Source: an uncultured Candidatus Saccharibacteria bacterium (GTDB lineage Bacteria; Patescibacteriota; Minisyncoccia; Phycocordibacterales; CSBR16-119). Taken from it: a DNA stretch of 54,458 nucleotides. Below the pieces are notes generated by a model that had not been told where the DNA came from, made no database searches, and was given only the letters and a program-made list of their open reading frames with translations. The translations under genes were made by a program, and so were the position numbers. The stretch covers positions 1 through 54,458 of the forward strand of contig CAZBAG010000001.1 of assembly GCA_964490365.1 (NCBI GenBank), in the 5' to 3' direction. Shown here in pieces: positions 36,031 to 45,563 of this stretch. Position 1 is the first letter of the stretch, and the number at the start of each line of letters is the position of its first letter.

Positions 36031-36519
36031 ATGAAAAATAAAAGTTTTTCAAAAACTAAATTTAATATTGCATGGGTCTCTGCAATAACAATTTTTCTTG
36101 GGTCTGTTGTCTATGTGCCGACACTCGTGCTACTTAACAAAGAGCAGGAGGTCATCTACTATCGAGTTCCTGTTACTGTGGCGCCGGTTGCTCCAGAGTA
36201 TTCAGAACCTGTGGCCCCTCTACCAGACAAAGAAATTGTAATTGAGCAACCAAAAGATTTAATCACGAAAGAGTTACGACTCGGTGATGACGATGCAGAG
36301 GTAAAAGTTCTACAAGAATATTTAAACGCTCGAGGTTTTACTATTGCTGTATCAGGGCCAGGTTCTCTCGGACAGGAAACAACGCGTTTCGGTAAGGGGA
36401 CTCAAGATGCACTTATTCGTTTTCAAGAAGCTCACGCTGACATTATTTTAAAACCCTTTGGTTTAACAAAGGGAACAGGTATTGTGGGTGAGATGACCAG
36501 AAAACTTATTAACTCATAA
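36031..36519 (+). CDS. membrane-anchored peptidoglycan-binding-domain protein
   Basis: 162 aa. N-terminal TM helix and Pro-rich spacer. The PG_binding_1-like domain (VKVLQEYLNARGF...GKGTQDALIRFQEAH) is paralogous to the C-terminus of the 30084 gene product. Confidence 0.75.
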   Translation: MKNKSFSKTKFNIAWVSAITIFLGSVVYVPTLVLLNKEQEVIYYRVPVTVAPVAPEYSEPVAPLPDKEIVIEQPKDLITKELRLGDDDAEVKVLQEYLNARGFTIAVSGPGSLGQETTRFGKGTQDALIRFQEAHADIILKPFGLTKGTGIVGEMTRKLINS

Positions 36520-36612
36520 ATACAAGGTTTCTAAAATTTGATAGTTTGCTACTATATAGATACGAAAGGCGAGAGCACTTGATTTTTATTTTATTTATGT
36601 TATAATATATAC

Positions 36613-37704
36613 ATGAAAAAAGGTTTCAAAAAATACTTTATTCCAAACCAAGACAACGACCATAAACCACACTTTCTTCGAGAAAAATCTGTCATCGCTG
36701 TTACTGCATTTGCTGCAGTACTCCTTTTTGCATCAGTGGTTGGTTCATATGTTATAAAAAACTCAAAGTTTCTTGCTTCAATACAATCAGCATTTCTTGT
36801 TGACCTTGCGAACGAAGATCGAGAAAAACAAGGTGCAACAAAACTTGTGATGAATGAAAAACTCATCGCAGCAGCTCAACTGAAAGCAAATGACATGGCA
36901 GAGAAAAGTTACTTTGCTCACGTGAGTCCTGAAGGTGTAACACCGTGGCACTGGTTTGAAGAAGCTGGCTATACGTATATTTATGCGGGTGAAAACCTGG
37001 CAGTTAACTTCAATCGTTCAGAAGATGTACAAGAAGCATGGATGAATTCACCGCTTCACCGAGCAAACATTTTGAATAATCGATATAAAGAAATCGGAAT
37101 TGCCACTGCGGAAGGTATGTATAAAGGAGACAAAACAACATTTGTGGTCCAAATGTTTGGAACACCAGTGTCACCAAGTCTTTCTGCTACGCTCAATAAT
37201 CAATCAGCTTCAGTTCCTTCTGCAACCCCAGCCGAAGAACTTGTTGCTGTAAATACTGCAAACCCAGAAGTAGAAGGTGATTCTGATGTAAACAAAGATG
37301 CTGTAAAAACTACAACCCCAGCTCCAGTTTCTGCAACAAAAGTTGCTGATGTAGAATCTACTCCAACTCAAAAGCCAGTAGAAGAACAAATTTTTACTGA
37401 AACAAGTAATCCTCTTTACGAAGGAAGTAGTGTTGCTGGCGCAGAAGACGTGCCAACAAACGAAGACGGCACATATACAAATTGGTTTGAAAGACTTCTG
37501 GTAAGTCCTAATAAAGCTGTGAACAAAGCATATGTTGTTCTATTTGTTATTATTCTTTTCTCTCTTATTCTTAAGATTTTTGTCGCGATACAAAAACAGC
37601 ATCCTAAAAATATTGCGTATGGAGTTCTCTTACTTATCTTGGTTTTGATTTTCATGTATATTAACCAAGAAATGTTTGTTACTCCAGTTATTGCTTCTGT
37701 GTAG
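36613..37704 (+). CDS. CAP/SCP (PR-1-like) domain protein with N- and C-terminal TM segments
   Basis: 363 aa. CAP motifs (YFAHVSPEG, AGENLA, AWMNSPLHRANIL, IGIA). Thr/Pro/Ala-rich linker and a C-terminal hydrophobic helix pair. TTGATT-16-TATAAT promoter ends 6 nt before the ATG. Confidence 0.8.
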   Translation: MKKGFKKYFIPNQDNDHKPHFLREKSVIAVTAFAAVLLFASVVGSYVIKNSKFLASIQSAFLVDLANEDREKQGATKLVMNEKLIAAAQLKANDMAEKSYFAHVSPEGVTPWHWFEEAGYTYIYAGENLAVNFNRSEDVQEAWMNSPLHRANILNNRYKEIGIATAEGMYKGDKTTFVVQMFGTPVSPSLSATLNNQSASVPSATPAEELVAVNTANPEVEGDSDVNKDAVKTTTPAPVSATKVADVESTPTQKPVEEQIFTETSNPLYEGSSVAGAEDVPTNEDGTYTNWFERLLVSPNKAVNKAYVVLFVIILFSLILKIFVAIQKQHPKNIAYGVLLLILVLIFMYINQEMFVTPVIASV

Positions 37705-37713
37705 TTGCTCCAT

Positions 37714-37744
37714 AAAAGACCCTTCTCTTGAAGGGTCTTTTATG
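37714..37744 (+). terminator. intrinsic terminator
   Basis: AAAAGACCCTT-CTCTTG-AAGGGTCTTTT. Confidence 0.85.
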
Positions 37745-37773
37745 TTGACAATGGTAGCTCAAAAGAGCATAAT
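37745..37773 (+). promoter_or_regulatory. promoter of the 839-aa surface-protein gene
   Basis: TTGACA-17 nt-CATAAT, directly abutting the preceding terminator. Confidence 0.6.
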
Positions 37774-37824
37774 CCTAAACGAGATAACTAATTATAATAA
37801 TTTAGTTCTTGACGTGTTTTATTA

Positions 37825-40344
37825 ATGTCGAATTTATCATTTATTAGTAGAAAGAATCGTATGAACGTACAAACTATATTATCAAAGTCAGTGAGTCTTC
37901 TTACTGTTTTCGCGATGACATTTAACATGGCATTTGCACAAACTGTTGACGTAGAAGCTCCGGCAGCTCAAGAAGAAATAATGGAGGCAACAGAAGAAAT
38001 GGTCACAGAACCAGAAACTTCTGAATCAGAGGAAGAGGGTGGTGGAATTATAGAAGAAGTTCTTGGAGCTTTTTCTTTCGTGCAAGCGCCTGAAGAAGTA
38101 GTGGCGTTACCACCACCTCCTACTGGACCTGGATCTATTACGGTATGTAAAGCAATCGCTAAAAAAGTAGGCGATACCGTTTCTATTGCTGATCCAAGTG
38201 AGGTTCCAGGATATACATTTGAGATTCCTTGGGTTGAGGCTCCAGGAACTCCAGGCACAGAAGGATTCAATGTGCAACCACAAATTGCATCAAATGCTGT
38301 ATTCACTACGGATGCATTTAATCCAGAAAAAGCATTTTTTGGAGAAGTAAACGATAGTGATTGTACAAAATTCTCAAATCTTCCTCTTGGAAGTTATTTT
38401 TACGGTGAAGAAAAAATCACTGGTGGAGATGATTCAGTAACTTGGACTACAAAATATAGTGATCAAGTTTTACTTCCAGTAGATGCATTTGAAGATGTTG
38501 ATGAATACAATGATAATCTTTTTACTTCAGGGTTTAATACAACGTATGGTCCAGGTAACAAAGATGCTGATGGAAATATCTTTAATACAAATGCTGACGG
38601 ACACATAGTACTCAATCAAAGTAATGCGGGACGAAATCGAACAATTATTGTCCTCAATATTTTTGAAGAAATTCCTCGAGAAGAATACTGTGAGGTTGAC
38701 GACAATCTTGTTGTAAACGGCGGGTTTGAAACTCCTGTTGTAACAAATGGTTCTGGATGGGATATCTATAATGATGGAACATCAGGACTTGGATGGGATG
38801 TTGCGTGGAGAAGTGGACTTGTGGGTACTCCAACTATTCCAAAACTTGAATTACACCGAGGTGTAAATGGCTGGGTGCCAGAAGAAGGATCACAATATGC
38901 AGAGCTTGACACTGATTGGGGATATGCAAATAACGAACAAGCGTCTGTCGTAATTTCTCAGGAGATTGCAACAATTCCAGGTCAATACTACGAACTTAGT
39001 TATGCGTATTCTCCACGACCAGGAACAGACTACGAAGATAACATTATCAGAGTGTATATCAATGGTAGTCACGAAGATACACAAGGATTTTTCCTTGGTG
39101 GAGCAAACACTCTCTGGAATACCTATACTGTAGGATTCACCGCTGACTCTGCAACAACAACTATTGCATTTGAAGATGCAGGTTTGCCAAACTCACTTGG
39201 ATCATTCCTCGACGATGTACGAGTGAATTGTGCAGATGAACCAGCAGAACCAGAAATTACTCTTGTTGGACAAAAGATTGTATGTCTTCGAGAAGCAGAT
39301 CTTCCAAACTGGGGAGCTGGCGCAGCGAATATCACATCAACAACAGCTGCTGACTGGGTTGCGCATCGACCAGGATGTACTCTTATGAAAGGTTGGGAAT
39401 TTGAATGGGCATATTACAACACGCCAAACCCAGGAGACAATGACACGGGCCCAACAGGTGGAGATTGGAATCTATTTAACTCATATACAAACGTTCCAAT
39501 GCCAAGTGATACGGCTGACGATACAAAGCTATGGGTACGAGAAGTGCTTCCAGAAGGATACATTCCTTTCACTGGAGCAAATACTACAGAAAATGTAAGT
39601 GCTGAAATCTACTGTCACACTGATGTTTTGCACTACGATAACTATGAAAGAATCGACGATCTTGTAGAAGGTGGAACATACAACTGTGTTGCATGGAATG
39701 TTGAAGTACAAGATGATGAGCCTTCTTGTGAAGAAACTCAAAGTTGTGAAGAAGAAGAGATTACTATTTGTCATGTAAACGAAGGTAATGGAAATGACAA
39801 CACACTTACTCTTCCAATGAGCGGTGCACAAAATCACCTAGAAAACCATGAAGGTGATTATGAAGGCGTGTGTGAAGGGGATGATAATGATGACGACAAC
39901 AATGACCAACCAAACAATAATAATTCTGGTAGTAACTCATCGGGCTCACAACGACGAAGTGGAGGTTCAGTAGCAGGAGCTTCAACAGGCGATGTACTTG
40001 GTGCATGTGTTCCATTCACTGAGTATCACAGAAAAGGTGATACAGGTGGAGAAGTTGCGCGAATCCAAGAATTCTTAAATGAACACATGAACGCAGGTCT
40101 TACTGTTGACGGAGTATATGGAGATACAACAGTAAAAGCGGTTCATACCTTCCAACAAAAATACTTTGAACAAATTATCCGACCTTGGGTTCCGTCATTT
40201 ATGGCGCGAACAACAGGTAAGTGGTACAAGACAACACGAATGATGGCAAACGAACTTATCGTATGCCCAGAATCAGAAGTGTATCTTGAAGATCCAAAAG
40301 TAATGTACAAAGTGAAGTGGGAAGCAGCAGTAAAACAAGACTAA
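37825..40344 (+). CDS. large secreted surface protein, paralogue of the 32232 gene product
   Basis: 839 aa. Signal peptide (...FNMAFA/QT) and acidic linker. A SITVCK beta-sandwich plus DUF642-like module collinear with the 1222-aa protein. Extra beta-sandwich (VREVLPEGYIP). Cys-rich ITICH...H..H motif. Asp/Asn-rich linker. The same PG-binding C-terminal module. Confidence 0.85.
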   Translation: MSNLSFISRKNRMNVQTILSKSVSLLTVFAMTFNMAFAQTVDVEAPAAQEEIMEATEEMVTEPETSESEEEGGGIIEEVLGAFSFVQAPEEVVALPPPPTGPGSITVCKAIAKKVGDTVSIADPSEVPGYTFEIPWVEAPGTPGTEGFNVQPQIASNAVFTTDAFNPEKAFFGEVNDSDCTKFSNLPLGSYFYGEEKITGGDDSVTWTTKYSDQVLLPVDAFEDVDEYNDNLFTSGFNTTYGPGNKDADGNIFNTNADGHIVLNQSNAGRNRTIIVLNIFEEIPREEYCEVDDNLVVNGGFETPVVTNGSGWDIYNDGTSGLGWDVAWRSGLVGTPTIPKLELHRGVNGWVPEEGSQYAELDTDWGYANNEQASVVISQEIATIPGQYYELSYAYSPRPGTDYEDNIIRVYINGSHEDTQGFFLGGANTLWNTYTVGFTADSATTTIAFEDAGLPNSLGSFLDDVRVNCADEPAEPEITLVGQKIVCLREADLPNWGAGAANITSTTAADWVAHRPGCTLMKGWEFEWAYYNTPNPGDNDTGPTGGDWNLFNSYTNVPMPSDTADDTKLWVREVLPEGYIPFTGANTTENVSAEIYCHTDVLHYDNYERIDDLVEGGTYNCVAWNVEVQDDEPSCEETQSCEEEEITICHVNEGNGNDNTLTLPMSGAQNHLENHEGDYEGVCEGDDNDDDNNDQPNNNNSGSNSSGSQRRSGGSVAGASTGDVLGACVPFTEYHRKGDTGGEVARIQEFLNEHMNAGLTVDGVYGDTTVKAVHTFQQKYFEQIIRPWVPSFMARTTGKWYKTTRMMANELIVCPESEVYLEDPKVMYKVKWEAAVKQD

Positions 40345-40352
40345 CTAACAAG

Positions 40353-40380
40353 AAAAAATCCGCCTATGGGCGGATTTTTT
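40353..40380 (+). terminator. intrinsic terminator
   Basis: AAAAAATCCGCC-TATG-GGCGGATTTTTT. Confidence 0.9.
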
Positions 40381-40420
40381 CATTTGAGAAACAGAGCGTT
40401 TTAAGGTATTATTCTAGAAT

Positions 40421-42808
40421 ATGAAGCAATACGACCATAAAGAAATAGAATCGAAATGGCAGAAATTCTGGCAAGAACAAGGAGTCTACACAACAGAAGA
40501 TTTTTCACAAAAACCAAAGCACTACATTCTCGACATGTTTCCGTATCCATCGGGAGCCGGGCTTCATGTTGGCCACCCTCGAGGTTATATTGGTTCTGAT
40601 GTTCTTGCTCGCATGCGACGCATGCAAGGTTTTAACGTGCTTCATCCAATGGGCTTCGATGCCTTTGGTCTTCCAGCCGAACAGTACGCCATTCAAACGG
40701 GCGAACATCCATTAGTTATTACTGAAAAAGCAATCGAGACATATAAAAAACAATTAGAAATTATTGGTCTTTCATATGACTGGTCACGAGAAGTACAAAC
40801 GATTGATCCGAAATATTACAAATGGACTCAGTGGATTTTTCTCCAGCTTTTTGATTCGTACTACGACGAACAAGAAAAAAAAGCAAAACCAATACAAAAT
40901 TTAATTTCAAAGTTTGAACACGAAGATGCTTCTTGGTCTTCTAAGACAGAACAAGAACAACAAGATGTGCTGATGAACTATCGTTTGGCATATGAAGGAT
41001 ATAGAGATGTGAACTGGTGTCCGGAGCTTGGCACAGTGCTTGCTAACGACGAGATTGTCGATGGTCCAGATGGAAAGCCTGTTTCAGAGCGAGGTGGTTT
41101 TCCTGTTGAAAAGAAAAATATGCGGCAGTGGTTTTTACGAATTACTGCATATGCCGACAGACTTTTATCTGGTCTTGAAGGACTTGCTTGGCCAGAGCAT
41201 ATCAAAGAAATTCAAAAGAATTGGATTGGAAGATCTGTTGGTGCGGAGATTGAATTTTCTGTAAAAGATAGTGATGAAAAAATAAAAGTTTTTACTACGA
41301 GACCAGACACGCTGTTTGGCGTGACCTATCTTGCAATACCTGGAGGAGAAAATACATTTACTGGAAAGTATGCAATCAACCCTGCAAACGACGAAGAAGT
41401 TCCGATCTGGGAAGCAGACTATGTTTTAGAGGGTTATGGCACTGGGGCTGTGATGGGTGTACCTGCTCACGATGAGCGTGATTTTGAATTTGCGAAAAAG
41501 TTTGGTTTACCAATAAAAGAGGTAATTGAAAAACCTAAAACTTTTAATGTTGATATTTATACAGACTACGGCATTGTTAAAAACAGCGCAAGCTGGATGA
41601 ATGGACTTTTTTCAGAAGATGCAGCACAAGAAGTTGTTGAACACTTAGAAGCTGCAGGTCTTGCAAAATTTGTTACAAAATACAGAATGCGTGATGCTAT
41701 TTTTGCTCGCCAACGATATTGGGGTGAGCCGATTCCTCTTGTACATAAGGATGGAATAATTTCTTCGCTTTCAGAAAAAGATTTACCACTTGAGCTTCCA
41801 AACGTAGATTCATATAAACCAACAGGTACGGGAGAGTCTCCACTTGCTGGTGTTTCCGAATGGGTAGAAAAAGGGTACGAAACAAACACTATGCCTGGCT
41901 GGGCAGGATCTTCATGGTATTTCTTGCGGTATATGGATCCGAAAAACAGCGAGGCGTTCGCTGGAAAGGAAGCGGTCGACTATTGGCAAGATGTTGATGT
42001 ATATATTGGAGGAGCAGAGCATGCAACAGGGCACCTTCTTTATGCGCGTTTTTGGCATAAAGTTCTCCATGACCTCGGACATGTTCCAACCGAAGAACCG
42101 TTTAAATTTTTGAAAAACCAAGGTCTTATTTTAGCGAGCGATGGACGCAAAATGTCAAAACGATGGGGGAATGTTGTAAACCCAGACGAGATGGTTGATC
42201 GATTTGGTGCGGATGCGTTTCGTCTCTACGAAATGTTTATTGGTCCATTTGAACAATACACATCGTGGAATACTGATGGACTTGTGGGAACGTATCGATT
42301 TTTAGAAAGGGTGTGGAGAGCGAAAGAAAAGATTGGCGATGTAAGTAAAGAAATTGATGTGCTCGTACACAAAACTATCAAAAAAATTACTGAAGATGTT
42401 GAAAATTTCAGATTCAACACGTCTGTGTCATCGATGATGATTCTTGTAAATGGTATGGAAGAAGTACATTCTTTTTCAAAAGAAAGCTATCTAAATTTTC
42501 TAAAAATTCTTGCACCATTTGCTCCGCATATGACTGAAGAACTTTGGCATGAGCTCGGAGAAACAAGTTCAATCCATCTTTCCGATTGGCCAAAATCTGA
42601 TGAATCAAAATTTAAAGATGAAAAAGTAACAATTGCTGTTCAAGTGAATGGAAAAGTTCGCGACGAAATAGAGATCGCTCCCAATGCCACAGAAAGTGAA
42701 GCAAAAGATCTTGCCCTGTCATCTTCTTTAGTTCAGGAATTTATAGGGGGTCATACTGTGAAGAAGTTTATTTATGTTCCTGGTAAGATAGTAAATATTG
42801 TTATCTAA
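40421..42808 (+). CDS. leuS: leucyl-tRNA synthetase
   Basis: 795 aa. HVGH (HIGH) motif, CP1 editing region, KMSKR (KMSKS) motif. Confidence 0.96.
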   Translation: MKQYDHKEIESKWQKFWQEQGVYTTEDFSQKPKHYILDMFPYPSGAGLHVGHPRGYIGSDVLARMRRMQGFNVLHPMGFDAFGLPAEQYAIQTGEHPLVITEKAIETYKKQLEIIGLSYDWSREVQTIDPKYYKWTQWIFLQLFDSYYDEQEKKAKPIQNLISKFEHEDASWSSKTEQEQQDVLMNYRLAYEGYRDVNWCPELGTVLANDEIVDGPDGKPVSERGGFPVEKKNMRQWFLRITAYADRLLSGLEGLAWPEHIKEIQKNWIGRSVGAEIEFSVKDSDEKIKVFTTRPDTLFGVTYLAIPGGENTFTGKYAINPANDEEVPIWEADYVLEGYGTGAVMGVPAHDERDFEFAKKFGLPIKEVIEKPKTFNVDIYTDYGIVKNSASWMNGLFSEDAAQEVVEHLEAAGLAKFVTKYRMRDAIFARQRYWGEPIPLVHKDGIISSLSEKDLPLELPNVDSYKPTGTGESPLAGVSEWVEKGYETNTMPGWAGSSWYFLRYMDPKNSEAFAGKEAVDYWQDVDVYIGGAEHATGHLLYARFWHKVLHDLGHVPTEEPFKFLKNQGLILASDGRKMSKRWGNVVNPDEMVDRFGADAFRLYEMFIGPFEQYTSWNTDGLVGTYRFLERVWRAKEKIGDVSKEIDVLVHKTIKKITEDVENFRFNTSVSSMMILVNGMEEVHSFSKESYLNFLKILAPFAPHMTEELWHELGETSSIHLSDWPKSDESKFKDEKVTIAVQVNGKVRDEIEIAPNATESEAKDLALSSSLVQEFIGGHTVKKFIYVPGKIVNIVI

Positions 42809-42811
42809 TCT

Positions 42812-44536
42812 ATGGTAAAAAGGGTATTTAATTTACTACAAAGAGAGTTCTCGAACATTAACCAAGCTGCTATTATTTTAGGTTTCTTCACCTTACTTTC
42901 TCAAGTACTTGGTCTTGTTCGTGACAGAATGTTTGCACACCAACTTGGTCCATCCAGCTCTCTTGATGTGTATTATGCAGCATTTCGAATACCTGATTTT
43001 ATCTTTGTGTCGGTTGCATCACTTGCTTCGGTGACCGTCCTACTTCCGTTTCTTGTAGAAAAACTTGGCGTGAAAGAAGATGGGGAATTAAACGGCAATT
43101 CACTCAAAGCAAAAAAATTCTTAAATGATACCTTCACCATTTTTTTGGCGGCAATGATTATTGTTTCAATACTTTGCTTTATCTGTATGCCACTTCTGGT
43201 AAAATTTGTGGCTCCTGGTTTTTCTGGACAAGAGCTCAAAGACCTCATTGTGTTAAGTAGAATTATGATCTTGTCTCCTATTTTTCTAGGACTTTCAAAT
43301 CTATTTGGGTCGGTTACTCAAATGTTCAAAAAGTTCTTTATTTTTGCCCTGAGCCCGCTTTTCTATAATATTGGGATAATCCTCGGTATTTTGGTCTTTT
43401 ATCCAATCTGGGGCCTTCCAGGGCTTGCTGTGGGGGTTGTGGTTGGGGCTTTTATGCACATGCTCATACAATTTCCTGTATTGGCAAAACATGATTTTCT
43501 GCCTCAAATTTCCTGGAAAATTTCTTGGTCTGATCTGAAAGAAATGGTGCTGACATCGCTCCCAAGAACAATCGGACTTTCACTCAGTACCATATCTTTG
43601 ATTGCGATCGTGGCCATTGCGTCACTTATTGGCGAAGGAGCAATTTCAACATTTCAATTTTCTTTGAACTTACAAAATGTTCCGCTTGGTATTATCGGTA
43701 TTTCGTATTCGGTAGCCGCGTTTCCAACGCTCACTCGATTTTTCCAAGGACAAAAAATGAGTGAGTTTGTTTCGTATATTGCGCTGGCGGCACGACAAAT
43801 TATTTTCTGGTCACTTCCAGTGATGTTTCTTTTTATTGTGCTTCGTGCGCAAGTTGTTCGTGTTATTCTTGGTACAGGAAATTTTTCTTGGGACGATACA
43901 CGTCTCACTGCTGCGTCGCTCGCATTGTTTGCGATCTCAATTTCTGCGCAAAGTCTTATTCTGCTTTTTACCAGAGGATACTATGCTGCAGGGAATACTA
44001 AAAAACCACTTTATATCAATGTATGCTCAACAGCAGTGACGATTGTTGCTGCGTTTTATTTTGTGCATATTTTTAAACACCACGAAATGTTCAGGTACTT
44101 TTTTGAATCGTTGCTTCGTATTGAAGATATTGCACATTCCGAGATCGTCATGCTTCCACTCGCATATTCTCTTGGCGCCATTCTCAATGCCTTCTTTTTG
44201 TGGATTAATTTCCGAAGCGATTTCCGAGTGGAAGACACAAAAGATTCTTTCTTATTAAAATCATTCTTTCAAAGTTTTGCCGGAGCCTTCTTTATGGGTT
44301 ATGTTGCATATGCATTCTTAAATGTGTTTGATAAGTTTTTTGATATCAATACGTTTTGGGGAATTTTAGGTCAAGGATTTTTCTCAGGACTCCTCGGAAT
44401 TTGTTCAGGATATGTTGTGCTTAAAGTTTTGAAGAATGAACAAATGGAACAAATAGAAAATGCGCTCAGCAAAAAACGATTTTGGAAAACACCAGTAGTG
44501 CAGGGAAGTGAAGACGAACTCCACACTCTTTCATAA
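42812..44536 (+). CDS. murJ: lipid II flippase MurJ (MviN family)
   Basis: 574 aa, polytopic. N-terminal LGLVRDRMFAHQLG...DVYYAAFRIPDF pattern typical of MurJ. Confidence 0.88.
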   Translation: MVKRVFNLLQREFSNINQAAIILGFFTLLSQVLGLVRDRMFAHQLGPSSSLDVYYAAFRIPDFIFVSVASLASVTVLLPFLVEKLGVKEDGELNGNSLKAKKFLNDTFTIFLAAMIIVSILCFICMPLLVKFVAPGFSGQELKDLIVLSRIMILSPIFLGLSNLFGSVTQMFKKFFIFALSPLFYNIGIILGILVFYPIWGLPGLAVGVVVGAFMHMLIQFPVLAKHDFLPQISWKISWSDLKEMVLTSLPRTIGLSLSTISLIAIVAIASLIGEGAISTFQFSLNLQNVPLGIIGISYSVAAFPTLTRFFQGQKMSEFVSYIALAARQIIFWSLPVMFLFIVLRAQVVRVILGTGNFSWDDTRLTAASLALFAISISAQSLILLFTRGYYAAGNTKKPLYINVCSTAVTIVAAFYFVHIFKHHEMFRYFFESLLRIEDIAHSEIVMLPLAYSLGAILNAFFLWINFRSDFRVEDTKDSFLLKSFFQSFAGAFFMGYVAYAFLNVFDKFFDINTFWGILGQGFFSGLLGICSGYVVLKVLKNEQMEQIENALSKKRFWKTPVVQGSEDELHTLS

Positions 44537-44537
44537 A

Positions 44538-44743
44538 CAAAAAACTACCCCCTGGGGAGTAGTCATGAATTGGTCAGTGACCAAACGAGAAGCCTTGGCT
44601 TCAGTTGTAAATTCTTGAAAGAACAGTGCACCATCGGCGGCGCCAGGAAGAGACAAGTTCTCGGTAACTTTCAACCCATTTCGCCGAGTCTAGTTTTACA
44701 GATTACTCATCTCTTCCGGACCACCACCATTGGATTACTTGTT
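44538..44743 (-). ncRNA. candidate structured small RNA (about 205 nt), class unassigned
   Basis: Minus-strand promoter TTGACA-17 nt-TATACT at 44750-44778. Minus-specific terminator (hairpin 44545-44562, then TTTTTTGTTT). A hand-counted 60-nt sample gives 57% GC. A long helix forms between 44710-44728 and 44636-44653; its G:U pairs form only in the minus-strand transcript. Longest minus-strand ORF inside is 23 codons. Confidence 0.55.
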
Positions 44744-45081
44744 GACTTAAGTATATATGGTTTTGAAATACTTGTCAAAGGGTTTTCTCTTACTTTTTTC
44801 ATGACAAAAAAGTAACAAAAACTCTAGACCCACTCTTCATACCTAAACTTTATGTAGTTTAAGCCAAAAAACCAGCAAACTCGGAAAGTCTATACTTTCC
44901 TCAAACAGTGCTTGTTTTTAAGGCAAACCACATAAAGTTTTTAACGGTATTCTCGAGTAGGGTCGAAGGATTCTGGTTTTAAGCGTCAAAGGTCAGAGGA
45001 GCCTTTTTTAAAGGGTGGTTTTAGGTGTTAAAGATTTTAGTTTTAAGTTTTAAAAAGATTGAGAAATAAGAGTTTTTAAAC

Positions 45082-45111
45082 TTGACAAAATGGGTATATG
45101 TGTGCTATAAT
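45082..45111 (+). promoter_or_regulatory. promoter of the lipoprotein gene
   Basis: TTGACA-18 nt-TATAAT with TGC immediately upstream (extended -10). Confidence 0.65.
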
Positions 45112-45132
45112 AAAATTAGAAACCAACAACGA

Positions 45133-45546
45133 ATGTACATGAAAAACCTTATCTGTCTTCTTCTGGTGCTGGCAACCATGGTGGCTTGTGACAAGTCAGA
45201 GAGTAATCCTCTTGGACCAGAAAATGATCCAACACTGGAGATTACTGCTTGGAATGTACCAGACTCTGGTGATTTTCGAGGAACACTGCAGAAAGTTTGC
45301 GTATTTCCTGCACGAGTAGTGAGTTATGTACGACAAGGAGATACGTATGCTGGTGACGTTCTTGTGGTGCCGATAAGTAATAGATGGAATACTCAAATAC
45401 GTCTACGTTACTTCTCGCAAAAAGCAGCTCTAAAAACCAGCGATCTCATCTATATTAAGGCCTTTGCCTTTGCTGATGATCGTAAGAGTGGAAGGTACTC
45501 CTGGGAGTATTATCCTCTAGATGAGAATGGGAGAGTGATAGACTAG
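45133..45546 (+). CDS. putative lipoprotein (137 aa)
   Basis: ATG at 45133 (or 45139). Signal peptide with a lipobox-like LATMVAC. The track ORF start at 45082 falls inside the -35 box. Confidence 0.6.
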   Translation: MYMKNLICLLLVLATMVACDKSESNPLGPENDPTLEITAWNVPDSGDFRGTLQKVCVFPARVVSYVRQGDTYAGDVLVVPISNRWNTQIRLRYFSQKAALKTSDLIYIKAFAFADDRKSGRYSWEYYPLDENGRVID

Positions 45547-45563
45547 AGATCTAATAAGCTCGA

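Noticed and set aside
44538-44743. Identification of the candidate sRNA as SRP (4.5S) RNA because of the GGUCCGGAAG string.
   Set aside because: The conserved domain IV context (GGAA tetraloop closed by UCC/GGA and followed by AGCAGC) is absent. Here GGAAGAGA pairs with a distant UCUCUUCC instead, so the class is left unassigned.
44570-44815. 81-aa plus-strand ORF in the murJ-lipoprotein spacer.
   Set aside because: It has a non-ATG (TTG) start and no promoter in that orientation, and it runs across the minus-strand promoter and structured region. Its composition is not protein-like.
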